From Planctomycetota bacterium (GTDB lineage: Bacteria > Planctomycetota > Planctomycetia > Pirellulales > Pirellulaceae), in NCBI GenBank assembly GCA_046086325.1, contig JBJSXJ010000233.1, positions 2,177 to 66,176 on the forward strand: a DNA stretch of 64,000 nt, written 5' to 3'. Both the position numbers and the translations under genes were made by a program. Positions 1 through 10,032 of the stretch are shown one piece after another (positions within the stretch are counted from its first letter, which is position 1; every line of letters begins with the position of its first letter). The notes under the pieces were generated by a model that saw only the letters and a program-made list of their open reading frames with translations, was not told the DNA's origin and did no database searches.

Positions 1-1
1 C

Positions 2-1576
2 ACTCCAGATGGTTTCTTTCAGCGCTGTTCCAACGAAGGCACTTGGTTCACAGAATGTCATCATCGCCACGCCTACACCGTAACAGCACCCGGCCATGCA
101 GTCCTCATGACCGGCAACTATCCGGGACCACTCGGTATCATCGATAACACCTGGTATGACCGTCGACTCGGCAAAGAGGTGTATTGCGTCGAGGATTTAA
201 ATTACCCCATCGTAGGCACTCCACCCACCCAAGCTGAACTCAAAGGTGTCTCACCTCTCAAAATGCATGCTGAGACCGTCGGCGATGTGCTTAAAAGAAC
301 CACTGGTGGCCAAGCCAAAGTATTTGGTGTGACGCTCAAAGATCGGGCAGCCGTATTGATGTCCGGCAAACAAGCTGACAGCGCCTACTGGTTTGACCCC
401 AACTCAGGAAATTGGGTCACTAGCCGCTACTATCGAGCCGCTCTGCCTGACTACCTCATCCAACTCAACGAAGGTGATACCGCGAAATGCTACGCGGGCA
501 GTCGCTGGCAATTGCTTTACCCTGCAGAAAAATACTCTCCGCGACACGCTGACGACGCTCCTTTTGAAGGTAACTACGAAAAACTAGGACGCGCTTTTCC
601 TCATGAATTTGTCTCGGAAACAAATACTCAATATTATAAACAGATTCTCTGTTCACCCTTTGGTAATGAGATGACGTTGCGAGTCGCTCAACTGCTCATC
701 GAACGAGAGCATTTAGGGCAAGATGAAATTCCTGACATCTTGAATCTCGGTTTTTCCGCCAATGACTACGTGGGACATAATTTCGGTCCTCATAGTTTAG
801 AAGTCGAGGATATCACATACCGCACCGATCTCTTGCTAGGAAGTTTCCTACGAATGCTCGACGACAAAGTCGGCGTCGGAAAATGGGTTTGTGTCTTATC
901 CGCTGATCATGCTGTCACACCCATCCCAGAATATGCACAGACGATCGGCCTACCCGCTCGTCGTAACCCCCTCGGAGACCTCGCAAAACTGCGCACCAAA
1001 ATCGAACAGACTCTGGTCGATAAATTCGGTCCACCGCCAACTGCCAACACGTACTTAGAACGATTGACCTCGCGCGAGCTCTTTTTGTCGACCCGTCTGA
1101 TTGAATCGGTTGAGCCCACTCAGGTCGCACAATATCGAACCATCGCTCGCGATTGCCTCGCCCAAGAAGCCGGCGTCGCACTAGCATTCACTCGCGAGGA
1201 ATTGATCAGCTCCGACCGAACAGCCGCTGACATTCCAGCCGCTCACATCGCCCCACCCCTGCAAAACCTCATCGCTACCGGCTCTGAACCACTCTCACTC
1301 TTCCGTCGCTCCTTTAATCCTCGACTTAGCGGCGATGTAGTTTTCTGTCTGCCCCCCTACTGTATCCAAGGCTCGACGCCAGCCACGCACGGCCTACCCT
1401 ATCGCACCGACTCTCATGTACCCCTGCTCTGGATCGGAGCTGGCATTCGCAAACAACAGCGACTCGATAACCCCGTCGGTCCCGCACAAATCGCCGCGAC
1501 GCTCTCGCAGCTACTCCAAATACCGCCACCAGCTCAACATGTCGCCCCGCCGCTCCCTGATTTACTATCACCCTAG
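2..1576 (+). CDS. alkaline phosphatase / nucleotide pyrophosphatase (type I phosphodiesterase) superfamily protein; 5' end cut by window edge
   Basis: The frame of ORF 107..1576 stays open back to base 2 (TPDGFFQ...HAYTVTAPGHAVLMTGNYPG). Metal-site-like motifs are FSANDYVGHNFGPHS and LSADHAV. Stop is TAG at 1574-1576. Confidence 0.7.
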   Translation, partial: TPDGFFQRCSNEGTWFTECHHRHAYTVTAPGHAVLMTGNYPGPLGIIDNTWYDRRLGKEVYCVEDLNYPIVGTPPTQAELKGVSPLKMHAETVGDVLKRTTGGQAKVFGVTLKDRAAVLMSGKQADSAYWFDPNSGNWVTSRYYRAALPDYLIQLNEGDTAKCYAGSRWQLLYPAEKYSPRHADDAPFEGNYEKLGRAFPHEFVSETNTQYYKQILCSPFGNEMTLRVAQLLIEREHLGQDEIPDILNLGFSANDYVGHNFGPHSLEVEDITYRTDLLLGSFLRMLDDKVGVGKWVCVLSADHAVTPIPEYAQTIGLPARRNPLGDLAKLRTKIEQTLVDKFGPPPTANTYLERLTSRELFLSTRLIESVEPTQVAQYRTIARDCLAQEAGVALAFTREELISSDRTAADIPAAHIAPPLQNLIATGSEPLSLFRRSFNPRLSGDVVFCLPPYCIQGSTPATHGLPYRTDSHVPLLWIGAGIRKQQRLDNPVGPAQIAATLSQLLQIPPPAQHVAPPLPDLLSP

Positions 1577-1624
1577 CGCCACAGAACTCGACTAAAGCCG
1601 AGATCCCATCACGCAGTAACAATA

Positions 1625-3112
1625 CTAAAACAGCTTCACAAAGCGCTCATAGGCGTAGTCCCAGGGCAACGGCTGCTGCGGGTAGTATTCCTCCACCGCA
1701 AAACTATGCCGGATGACGTCGCGTGCTTGTGCGATTGAACCAACGTCACCACTGGCCACCGCTTGCAACATTACATTGCCGCTCGCCGTCGCCTCAATCG
1801 GGCCAGCCACCACTCGTCGATTACACGCGTCAGCCGTCATCTGACAGAGTAGTTTGTTTTGCGTACCACCACCGACGATGTGAATGGTGCTGATATGACC
1901 ACCGACGAGTTGTTCAAGCCAACCAAGCACCATGCGATACCGCAGCGCTAAACTTTCCAGCGCACAACGTATCACCGCACCCACGGAGTCGGGTGTGGGC
2001 TGTTTCGTGCGGGCACAGAATTCTTTAATCGTCTTGATCATGTTCGTCGGTGCCACAAAGTCGCCATGATCCGGATTGATGAGCGAGAGCAGCGCCGGGG
2101 AGCGTTCCGCCAATTCCACCAAATGTGACCAGCCATACTCATGGCCCTCCAGCTTCCAGAGTCGACGACACTCCTGCACCAGCCACAAACCCGCAATATT
2201 TTTCAGTAATCGAGTCGTTCCGCCCACTCCACCTTCATTGGTGAAGTTCAATTCTCGACAGCGATCATTCACAATCGGCTCGGGAACCTCCACACCCATG
2301 AGCGACCAGGTCCCGCTGCTGATGTAACACCAATCCGGTCTCTCGCCCGGTCGACTGCTCGCCGGTACCGCCATCACCGCACTGGCCGTATCGTGTGTAC
2401 CCGGCAACACCACCTGTACGTTACGCAGACCTGTGGCCGCTGCCACACTCGCACGCAACGGCCCCAGGCTAGTTCCCGGCTGCACCAGCTCACCAAGAAT
2501 CCGCTCGGGCAATTCCAAACGCTCAAACAGATTCTTACTCCACGCGCGAGTCTTCGGGTTAAGAAACTGAGTCGTCGATGCGTTGGAATACTCGTTCGCC
2601 TTCTCACCACTCAACAACCAGTGGAGCAAATCGGGCATCATCAGAAACGATTCCGCGACCTCCAGCAGCGGCGACTGCGCATACTTCATCGCCAACAACT
2701 GGAACAACGTGTTGAACTCCATGAACTGCACACCAGTCTCCGCAAAAACCTCAGCTCGACTGATATCAGCAAACGCTCGATCGAAAATGCCATTCGTTCG
2801 TCGATCACGATAGGTGTAGGGATTACCCAGCAGTTCATCGCCACGACCGAGCAGCCCAAAATCTACGCCCCAAGTGTCCACTCCCACACTAACAATCTGC
2901 TCTCCAAACCGACTGGCCGCCGCTCGCAATCCTTCCTGAATGCGAGTCCAAAGACTGAGCAAATCCCAGTACAGTCGATCAGCAGCGGCAATTCCACCAT
3001 TTTCAAACCGATGGACTTCATCCAGGGTGAGGCGAGTGCCATCGAAACGCCCACCCACCACTCGCCCTCCCGACGCACCTAGATCGACGGCAAGATAAAG
3101 CTTATCAGCCAT
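1625..3112 (-). CDS. rhaB: rhamnulokinase (FGGY carbohydrate kinase family)
   Basis: The N-terminus YLAVDLGASGGRVVGG...LDEVHRFENG...VGVDTWGVDFGLL closely parallels E. coli RhaB (AVDLGASSGRV...IHRFNNG...IDTWGVDFVLL). The 495 aa length is typical. Confidence 0.8.
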   Translation of the reverse strand: MADKLYLAVDLGASGGRVVGGRFDGTRLTLDEVHRFENGGIAAADRLYWDLLSLWTRIQEGLRAAASRFGEQIVSVGVDTWGVDFGLLGRGDELLGNPYTYRDRRTNGIFDRAFADISRAEVFAETGVQFMEFNTLFQLLAMKYAQSPLLEVAESFLMMPDLLHWLLSGEKANEYSNASTTQFLNPKTRAWSKNLFERLELPERILGELVQPGTSLGPLRASVAAATGLRNVQVVLPGTHDTASAVMAVPASSRPGERPDWCYISSGTWSLMGVEVPEPIVNDRCRELNFTNEGGVGGTTRLLKNIAGLWLVQECRRLWKLEGHEYGWSHLVELAERSPALLSLINPDHGDFVAPTNMIKTIKEFCARTKQPTPDSVGAVIRCALESLALRYRMVLGWLEQLVGGHISTIHIVGGGTQNKLLCQMTADACNRRVVAGPIEATASGNVMLQAVASGDVGSIAQARDVIRHSFAVEEYYPQQPLPWDYAYERFVKLF

Positions 3113-3171
3113 GGTTGGTCACTCGATTTGACTTGAGAGAAAGAGTTCCTGTAACGGAGCGAACGGTCTGT

Positions 3172-4368
3172 TTAGCGACGAGCTCGCGGGTGCTTCAGCG
3201 GCAGCCAATTACCCGCAGCAGCACTCGACGCCACACATTGCTCGATGAAGTACATTCCTTCGACGCCATCAAAGACGTTGGGATAAATCGTATCGCGTCG
3301 TTCAAAAGGCTTACCGGTGGCACGCAAAATCATGTCATCGTACGCGGCCCGATAGATATTCGCGAAGGCCTCGAAAAACGCCTCCGGATGGCCGCTGGGC
3401 AAGCGGCAGGCAGCTTTGCCAGAGTCATTCATGAAGGGAGCATTGGGATCGCGCGTGTACAACCGATGGGGCTCACCATTGCGACGCACCACCATCACAT
3501 TCGGCTCTTCTTGACGCCACTGAATCGCACCCTTCGTGCCATCAATTTCGATGAATAAATCGTTTTCGCGACCATGACTGATCTGCGACGCAGTCACCGT
3601 ACCAAGTGCTCCATTGTCAAATCGAATAACTGCCGTGCCATAATCATCCAGCGCTCGACCTTCCTCAAACGAGCGCAAGTGTGCGCTGACGTCGGCTGGA
3701 ATAAGTCCCGTCATGTACCGAGCGAGATTGTAGGCATGAGTCGCAATGTCACCGAAACAGCCCGCCACACCGCTCTTCTTGGGATCGGTTCGCCAAGATG
3801 CCTGTTTTTGATCGCTCAGCTCCAAGCGAGTACGTAACCAGCCTTGAATATAAAAAGCGCGAACCGCATTGATCTCACCCAACTCACCACTCAAGATCAT
3901 CTCTCGAGCCTGGCGAACCAGGGGATAGCCGGTGTAGTTGTGCGTCACCGCAAACACCACGTTCGACTTCTCCACGACCTTCACGAGCTCTTCCGCTTGC
4001 GCGAGATCGAACGTGAGTGGCTTGTCGCAAATGACGTTGAATCCCGCTTCCACGGCCGCCTTGGCGATTTCAAAATGCGTGTGATTGGGAGTGGTGACCG
4101 AAACGAAATCGATGCGCTGTTCGGCAGGTAATTTATTCTCCGCCTGAAACATTTCCTGATACGACCCATACGCGCGTTCCGCAGCGATATCGTAATCCGG
4201 AGCCGACGCCTTCGACTTCTCGGCACTCGACGACAACGCTCCGGCGACCAGTGCAGCGCGGTTATCCAGGACCGCCGCCGTCGCGTGCACTCGACCAATA
4301 AACGAACCCTGCCCGCCACCGACCAGAGCCATTCTCAGTTTGCGATTTAATGCGCCATTGGTTGCCAT
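3172..4368 (-). CDS. Gfo/Idh/MocA family NAD(P)-dependent oxidoreductase
   Basis: Rossmann N-terminus LRMALVGGGQGSFIGRVH, and EKP-type motif ICDKPLT. I prefer the ATG at 4368 (MATNGALN), which is preceded by GGAG, over the longer ORF start at 4479. Confidence 0.8.
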   Translation of the reverse strand: MATNGALNRKLRMALVGGGQGSFIGRVHATAAVLDNRAALVAGALSSSAEKSKASAPDYDIAAERAYGSYQEMFQAENKLPAEQRIDFVSVTTPNHTHFEIAKAAVEAGFNVICDKPLTFDLAQAEELVKVVEKSNVVFAVTHNYTGYPLVRQAREMILSGELGEINAVRAFYIQGWLRTRLELSDQKQASWRTDPKKSGVAGCFGDIATHAYNLARYMTGLIPADVSAHLRSFEEGRALDDYGTAVIRFDNGALGTVTASQISHGRENDLFIEIDGTKGAIQWRQEEPNVMVVRRNGEPHRLYTRDPNAPFMNDSGKAACRLPSGHPEAFFEAFANIYRAAYDDMILRATGKPFERRDTIYPNVFDGVEGMYFIEQCVASSAAAGNWLPLKHPRARR

Positions 4369-4635
4369 GAGGTGAATCTCCGCGAAATTAAAGAAACTAC
4401 AGCTGAAAATCGTGGCCTGGCCAGAGATCAACTCGAGCCGTGAGGCGGAAGTGTAAACTACCGCCGCCCGCTTCCACAACCGCCGAGAACCGCCGATTCA
4501 CACGGATTCACGCCAGCCAAAAGCTACCCCTAATCCAGCACCACGAAAGTCTGGCACGATAACGGTGAAACCAGTACCATACCGACTGTGGGACGAATCG
4601 ATGGCCGAGCAAAAAGCCTCCTGAGGAGCAGTATC

Positions 4636-5223
4636 ATGTTGCGCTGGTTGAAAAAACGATCGCGGTTGGCGTTCGCAAGTGGATTGAGCGTGGGACTGTT
4701 GATAGGAGCAGGCATGCTCGTCGGCGCCTGGGCCACTCGTGTTCAAACTCCCGCCCAACTGCCGTTTCCCAGTTTTCCGCTACCTAGTCAGGTCAATGCT
4801 GCCGGCTCGCACGGCGGCCTCAGCTTCGCCATGTGCACCGGTCCTATTTATGAAGGGATCGAAGGCCTCTTCATCCTCGACTATCTCAGCGGTGAAATTC
4901 AGTGCTGGGTTCCGAATGGTCGCAGCGGTATGCTCGGCGGTTTGTACAAGCATAATGTGATGGTCGACCTGGGCGTGGAAGCGGGCAGTAATAACAAGCC
5001 CTCATTCGTCATGGTGACCGGGGCCTTTAGTTTGCGGAGCGGATTTGCCGGCAACGTCCGCCCGGCCGAGTGTGTCCTGTATGTCGGTGATGTGAACACC
5101 GGCGCCTGGGTGGCCTACATGATTCCCTGGGACCGCACCATCGCCAACATGGGTTCCATGCAAGCTGGGAAGCTGGTTAAGGTCGGCGGCGGACGCTGCC
5201 GCGATCTCGCCATTCGCGACTAA
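4636..5223 (+). CDS. hypothetical protein with N-terminal signal-anchor
   Basis: ORF 4588..5223. The internal ATG at 4636 gives MLRWLKKRSRLAFASGLSVGLLIGAGMLVGAWA, a basic N-terminus followed by a hydrophobic helix. I recognised no family motif. Confidence 0.45.
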   Translation: MLRWLKKRSRLAFASGLSVGLLIGAGMLVGAWATRVQTPAQLPFPSFPLPSQVNAAGSHGGLSFAMCTGPIYEGIEGLFILDYLSGEIQCWVPNGRSGMLGGLYKHNVMVDLGVEAGSNNKPSFVMVTGAFSLRSGFAGNVRPAECVLYVGDVNTGAWVAYMIPWDRTIANMGSMQAGKLVKVGGGRCRDLAIRD

Positions 5224-5310
5224 ACGGCAACAGTCTTTCACGCTACTCGGTGACGCATTCATCATCCGTCACGCTTCCCTCCAGTTTCCTTCCAACGCTG
5301 ACGGCTCAGT

Positions 5311-5511
5311 ATGCAGGTAATCTACAATGGCGCCCCGCGTGATCTTTCACCGGGCGCCACGGTCTCGGTACTGCTCGCCGAATTAAAACTGGCTTCGCGG
5401 CCAGTAGCCGTAGAAGTAAACGGCGACGTCGTGCCTCGTGAACGTCATGCTGCTGTGACGTTGCAAGCAGGTGACCGAGTGGAAGTCGTGACATTGGTGG
5501 GAGGTGGGTAA
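5311..5511 (+). CDS. thiS: sulfur carrier protein ThiS
   Basis: 66 aa, a ubiquitin-like small protein ending in VGGG (C-terminal Gly-Gly). It sits directly upstream of thiG and overlaps it. Confidence 0.85.
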   Translation: MQVIYNGAPRDLSPGATVSVLLAELKLASRPVAVEVNGDVVPRERHAAVTLQAGDRVEVVTLVGGG

Positions 5512-6364
5512 GTCTGTGACTGAACGAACGGCGACAGCCGAAAAAATTCTGCGCCTGGGTACTCATGAACTACAGAGCCGGTTGATTGTCGGCACGGGAC
5601 GTTACGAGTCGTTTGATATGATGCGTCGATCGATCGACGAATCGGGAGCTGATTGTTTGACCGTCGCCGTGCGTCGCGAGCGTCTGCATGACGGGCAAGG
5701 CAATAACATTCTCGATTTCATCGACCTCGACCGTTACATCCTGCTCCCCAACACCGCTGGCTGCTATTCGGCCGATGATGCCATTCGCTGTGCTCGACTG
5801 GGCCGCGAGATTCTGCGAGATCTCGGTAACCCAGGTGCCGACTGGGTGAAACTCGAAGTGCTCGGCGATAGCAAAACCTTACTCCCTGATCCACTCGCCA
5901 CCCTCACCGCCACCGAGCGCCTCGTGCAGGACGGCTTTCAAGTGCTCTGTTACACCAGCGATGATCCGGTGATCGCACGTCGTCTGAAGGAAGCTGGTGC
6001 AACAGCGGTGATGCCTGCCGGAAGCCCCATCGGTTCCGGACAAGGAGTCCTAAATCCCAACAACATTCGCATCATCCTCGAATACCTCAAAGACGGCGAT
6101 CCGGACTATCCAGTGATCATCGATGCCGGCGTGGGTACGGCGAGTGATGTCGCGTTTGCGATGGAACTAGGAGTTGATGCCGTGCTGCTCAACACCGCCA
6201 TTGCTCACGCGCAAGACCCAATCGGCATGGCTCGCGCAATGCGCTTGGCGTGTGAAGCAGGACGACTGGCGAGTCAATCGGGGCGCATTGCTCGCCGACT
6301 CTATGCCACCGCCAGCAGCCCGCTAGATGGTACAATCGTGACCCCGCCGCGCTGGAGTCGCTGA
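5504..6364 (+). CDS. thiG: thiazole synthase ThiG
   Basis: [10 protein letters not shown]...LLPNTAGC...[13 protein letters not shown]...[10 protein letters not shown] is the ThiG TIM-barrel pattern. The GTG start at 5504 overlaps the thiS stop. Confidence 0.9.
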   Translation: MGKSVTERTATAEKILRLGTHELQSRLIVGTGRYESFDMMRRSIDESGADCLTVAVRRERLHDGQGNNILDFIDLDRYILLPNTAGCYSADDAIRCARLGREILRDLGNPGADWVKLEVLGDSKTLLPDPLATLTATERLVQDGFQVLCYTSDDPVIARRLKEAGATAVMPAGSPIGSGQGVLNPNNIRIILEYLKDGDPDYPVIIDAGVGTASDVAFAMELGVDAVLLNTAIAHAQDPIGMARAMRLACEAGRLASQSGRIARRLYATASSPLDGTIVTPPRWSR

Positions 6365-6405
6365 CCGACCAGCGATTTATTTCTTACCTCCGGGAGTGAT
6401 TTCCG

Positions 6406-7416
6406 ATGAGCCTGCTGAATCGATGGCGTCCGTGGAGTCTCGCTATGCTTGGTTTAGGCCTGGGCCTCATGACTACTGGTCATCGGCCAGCTGTCGCAGA
6501 CGAAGCGCCCAAGCAAATCCGAGTGGGCATCATTGGACTTGATACGTCTCATGCAGTCGCCTTCACCAAGATTCTGAACAAAGAAACTCCCGGCCCCGAA
6601 ACGGCAGGGGTGCGAGTTGTAGCGGCCTATCCCAAAGGAAGCCCGGATATTGAATCGAGTGTCTCGCGGGTACCGGGCTACACGGATGAAGTACGCAAGC
6701 TGGGCGTTGAAATCGTCGATTCGATTGATCAACTACTCACCAAAGTGGATGCCGTGCTGCTGGAAACCAATGATGGGCGACCGCATTTGGAACAGGTTCG
6801 ACCGGTGTTGAAAGCGGGTAAGCCAGTCTTCATTGATAAGCCGATTGCGGCGTCTCTGGCCGATGCCGTCACCATCTTTGCGGAGGCGAAGGCGGCCGGT
6901 GTGCCACTTTTTTCTGCCTCCTCCCTGCGCTACGGCAAAGCCACATTAGCTGCTCGCGCCGGTTCCCTCGGCCGGATCAAGTCGTGCGAAACCTTCAGTC
7001 CTGCTTCCCTGGAAAAAACTCACCCCGACCTCTTCTGGTATGGAATTCACGGAGTGGAATCGCTCTTCACGGTCCTCGGCACCGGTTGCCAATCCGTGAA
7101 GCGCGGGAAGACGGCCGATGGAAAAATTGAAGTGGTGGGTCAATGGTCTGATGGTCGTTCCGGGACATTTCGCGAAGGCAGCGGTTATGGTGGCAAAGCG
7201 GTCGGGGACAAAGGGGAAGGCGAAGTTGGAAAGTACGATGGGTATGAACCACTAGTGGTCGACATCGTGCGCTTCTTTCGCACCGGCAAGCCCTTGATGA
7301 CCGCCGAAGAGACACTGGAAATCTACGCCTTCATGGAAGCAGCGGATGAGAGCAAGCGACGTGATGGAGCCGTTGTCACCATCGCCGAAGTGCTCGAAAA
7401 AGCTCGTCGCAAGTAA
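6406..7416 (+). CDS. Gfo/Idh/MocA-like oxidoreductase with N-terminal signal peptide
   Basis: Hydrophobic leader WSLAMLGLGLGLMTTG, then IRVGIIGLDTSHAVAF and FIDKPIA motifs. Confidence 0.7.
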   Translation: MSLLNRWRPWSLAMLGLGLGLMTTGHRPAVADEAPKQIRVGIIGLDTSHAVAFTKILNKETPGPETAGVRVVAAYPKGSPDIESSVSRVPGYTDEVRKLGVEIVDSIDQLLTKVDAVLLETNDGRPHLEQVRPVLKAGKPVFIDKPIAASLADAVTIFAEAKAAGVPLFSASSLRYGKATLAARAGSLGRIKSCETFSPASLEKTHPDLFWYGIHGVESLFTVLGTGCQSVKRGKTADGKIEVVGQWSDGRSGTFREGSGYGGKAVGDKGEGEVGKYDGYEPLVVDIVRFFRTGKPLMTAEETLEIYAFMEAADESKRRDGAVVTIAEVLEKARRK

Positions 7417-7433
7417 CTCCCCATGGCGCGACC

Positions 7434-8513
7434 GTGAGCAGATCTGAGGCAGCAGAAGAACCTCGTGGCGGATTAACCGCTGCCGCTCGTCAAACAATCG
7501 CCGCGCGGCTGATGCCTAGTGCGCGGCAAGCCCTGATTAACCGGCAGTTGCGGGCGAATCATGAGACGCGTGATTCCTGGACGAGCTGCGCTGTGCAGCG
7601 CCAGCAGGTAACTCGCTTAATCCGTGAACAGATTGAGTGGCAGCACGCTCATCGACCCCACCTGTCTCCGCTACGCATCGCCATCCTCGGTGCGGGAAAC
7701 GGCAACGACCTCGATCTGGAAGAGCTCACTAGCTTTGGTCGATCGCCCGCCGAACTCGATCCAAGAAACGGGCCTGCTCCATCGCGGCTGAGCGGGGAGC
7801 AGAGTGCTGCGGCGGTGCGACTCCATCTGTTTGACTTAGATGAAGGAGCGATCGGCAGCATTCGTCAGCGGCAGCCACGAGCCAATTGGTCGGCGATTGA
7901 TTGTCATGCGCCCATCGATTTAAGCGGGCTGGATACCATCACTACGAATATGGGCGCTGAAAACAGGGGCGCTGGAAACAGGGGCGCTGAAAAATTGGGC
8001 GCTACGGAGACGAGTACCGCCATTTCCGCTAGTGAGCAAGTTGCGGAGCGTGTGCGAGCGCTCAGTAAGCAAAAAGACTTTGACCTTGTCGTATCGACTT
8101 GTCTGCTCAGTCAGATCATGGAGGGGGTTGTGCATGAGCTGGGAGGTTGGCACGACGACTATTTACCGCTTATCCAGCAACTGCGCACGGAGCATCTGCG
8201 ACTACTGTTCCACTGCACGCGACCGGGCGGCACGATCCTCTTCATTACCGATTTTGTTTCGTCGGACAGTTGTGAAGAGTTGCATCGGATTGCGCCGCAG
8301 GCATTACCGGAACTCGTGCAGCAACTGATCGCGCAGCGAAATTTTTTTACGGGACTTAATCCCGCGGTCCTGGCGCGGTTCTGGTCGAGTGATGCGGTGA
8401 CAGGTCTGCAAGTTGAGCAGGTGCGGGTCACTCAACCGTGGCTTTGGAATCCTGGACCGCGCGTTTACGTGGTCTGTGGATTTATTGTGTCACGCGTGGC
8501 GAAGCGCTGCTGA
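7434..8513 (+). CDS. hypothetical protein, class-I SAM-methyltransferase-like
   Basis: RIAILGAGNGNDLDLEEL (a GxGxG-like motif I) and a later DLVVSTCLLSQI. The start codon is uncertain (GTG at 7434). The gene contains an internal 15-bp tandem repeat. Confidence 0.4.
   Translation: MSRSEAAEEPRGGLTAAARQTIAARLMPSARQALINRQLRANHETRDSWTSCAVQRQQVTRLIREQIEWQHAHRPHLSPLRIAILGAGNGNDLDLEELTSFGRSPAELDPRNGPAPSRLSGEQSAAAVRLHLFDLDEGAIGSIRQRQPRANWSAIDCHAPIDLSGLDTITTNMGAENRGAGNRGAEKLGATETSTAISASEQVAERVRALSKQKDFDLVVSTCLLSQIMEGVVHELGGWHDDYLPLIQQLRTEHLRLLFHCTRPGGTILFITDFVSSDSCEELHRIAPQALPELVQQLIAQRNFFTGLNPAVLARFWSSDAVTGLQVEQVRVTQPWLWNPGPRVYVVCGFIVSRVAKRC
7953..8003 (+). repeat. 15-bp tandem repeat (about 3.4 copies) inside a CDS
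   Basis: ggcgctgaaaacagg / ggcgctggaaacagg / ggcgctgaaaaattg / ggcgct, which encodes GAENR GAGNR GAEKL GA. Confidence 0.8.
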
Positions 8514-9121
8514 ATGACCGCGAGAATACCGCGAGCGACAGCCAGTTTATCGCCCGTGAGGGAAGCAACTGTACGTCCCTGCGCATCCAATAATTCCACG
8601 GAATTGGCCAGCGAGTCGATCGCTTCGGGACCGTTGAGCACCATCAGGTCACAGCTCTTCTTTTCCATTTTGACGAGTGCTCGAAAGCGTGCGTCGGTGG
8701 TTTCCAAGGCAAAGCCGACGAGCCACTGATGAGGTTTTTTTTGGAGGCCCAAGGTAGCCATCACATCGGCGGTTTCAATCAGGTTCAACACGAGTGGCTG
8801 ACCGGTTTTCACGATCTTATGTTCTTCCACCCGGTGAGGCCGGTAATCGCAAGGTGCGGCACAGCCGATCACGCCATCCACCTGAGGAAACATGCGCTGA
8901 CATTCGCGCAGCAAATCCTCCGTGGAAACAATCGGGATCACGTGGCAGGCGCTGGGGTAAGTGAGCTGCACTGGGCCACTGATCACAATCACGTCGTGTC
9001 CCAGCTCCAAAGCCGCAATGGCGAGTGATTGTCCCATCCGGCCACTCGACGCGTTCGTCAAATAGCGGACGGGATCAAGGTATTGGCGAGTGGGACCGGA
9101 AGTGATGAGGATGCGAGCCAT
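8465..9121 (-). CDS. coaB: phosphopantothenate-cysteine ligase (CoaB domain as a separate ORF)
   Basis: ILITSGPTRQYLDPVRYLTNASSGRMG is the canonical CoaB motif (compare LITAGPT.E.lDPVR.isN.SSGKMG). Confidence 0.8.
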   Translation of the reverse strand: MARILITSGPTRQYLDPVRYLTNASSGRMGQSLAIAALELGHDVIVISGPVQLTYPSACHVIPIVSTEDLLRECQRMFPQVDGVIGCAAPCDYRPHRVEEHKIVKTGQPLVLNLIETADVMATLGLQKKPHQWLVGFALETTDARFRALVKMEKKSCDLMVLNGPEAIDSLANSVELLDAQGRTVASLTGDKLAVARGILAVIQQRFATRDTINPQTT

Positions 9122-9139
9122 AGCGAGCGCCGGGAGAGA

Positions 9140-9742
9140 TTAACGGGCGAGTGCTGCTGTGACGGCAGCGGCAATGGATTCCGGTTGAGCCATTCGCCCC
9201 TTCCCACGCACTCGACAACTCAACCAGCCTTCTTCGGGATCGATGAACTGGACACCGTCGAGCCGCAGTTGATCGACATTTCGCTGCACGGCTGGCTTGG
9301 CCCACATTTCCGCATTCATGGCAGGCGCCATCAGCACTCGGCCGGTGAACGCCAGGTACAGAGTTGAAAGCAGATCGTCAGCTAGTCCGTGAGCGGCCTT
9401 GGCGAGAAAGTCGGCGGACGCGGGCGCCACACATAATAGTTGTGCGCGGCGAGCGAGCTCGATGTGGGCGCCCAGCGGGTAAGCGGCGTCGTCAAAAATC
9501 TGAGTTGCAACGGGTCGACTGGTGAGCGCGGCAAAAGTGGCTGGACCGACGAACTGCCGCGCGGCCGCCGTCATGACAACGGTAACCGCGTGGCCGGCTT
9601 GTACCAGTTGACTGACCAGTGCCGCTGCTTTGTAACCGGCAATACCTCCGGTAACACCAATCACGATCTCGGGTGCAACGACACGCTCGGGCGCTACGTC
9701 TGGCCGATGGAACTCATCGATGCCGCCGCCAGGACCACTCAT
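9140..9742 (-). CDS. coaC: phosphopantothenoylcysteine decarboxylase flavoprotein (CoaC domain as a separate ORF)
   Basis: IVIGVTGGIAGYKAAALVSQL and APAMNAEMW flavoprotein motifs. The ATG at 9742 lies 1 nt after the rpoZ TAA, so I prefer it to the ORF start at 9793. Confidence 0.8.
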   Translation of the reverse strand: MSGPGGGIDEFHRPDVAPERVVAPEIVIGVTGGIAGYKAAALVSQLVQAGHAVTVVMTAAARQFVGPATFAALTSRPVATQIFDDAAYPLGAHIELARRAQLLCVAPASADFLAKAAHGLADDLLSTLYLAFTGRVLMAPAMNAEMWAKPAVQRNVDQLRLDGVQFIDPEEGWLSCRVRGKGRMAQPESIAAAVTAALAR

Positions 9743-9743
9743 G

Positions 9744-10004
9744 TTAGTCGCCGATGCTGAAGTCGGGTCCTTCTTGACTGATCGGCATGTCACCCGTCAC
9801 TCGCACTTCATTGGAAGCATCGAGGAAGATTTTGTCTTGAAGGATTTCCTGCAGCACGATTTTCATTTTGTCCTGCGAATCGGTGATCACCATGGGCTTC
9901 AGGCCTTGGTTGAGTTGCAGGAGGCGCTTCTGGATGAGCGTCGACAGTTTGAATCGTCCACCAACTTTGTTGACGATCGCTTCTTCTTTCAATTCTTCGT
10001 GCAT
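9744..10004 (-). CDS. rpoZ: DNA-directed RNA polymerase subunit omega (divergent)
   Basis: 86 aa with VGGRFKLSTLIQKRLLQL, resembling the RpoZ core (vgNRf.Lv..aakRArql). It occupies the conserved gmk-rpoZ-coaBC position. Confidence 0.6.
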   Translation of the reverse strand: MHEELKEEAIVNKVGGRFKLSTLIQKRLLQLNQGLKPMVITDSQDKMKIVLQEILQDKIFLDASNEVRVTGDMPISQEGPDFSIGD

Positions 10005-10032
10005 GAAACTCTTCTCGCGTTAAGGGCCAGTT

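Noticed and set aside
5224-5310. An expected TPP riboswitch upstream of thiS-thiG.
   Set aside because: There is no CUGAGA or ACCUGAUCUGGAUAAUGCCAGCG-like element, and at 87 nt the gap is too short.
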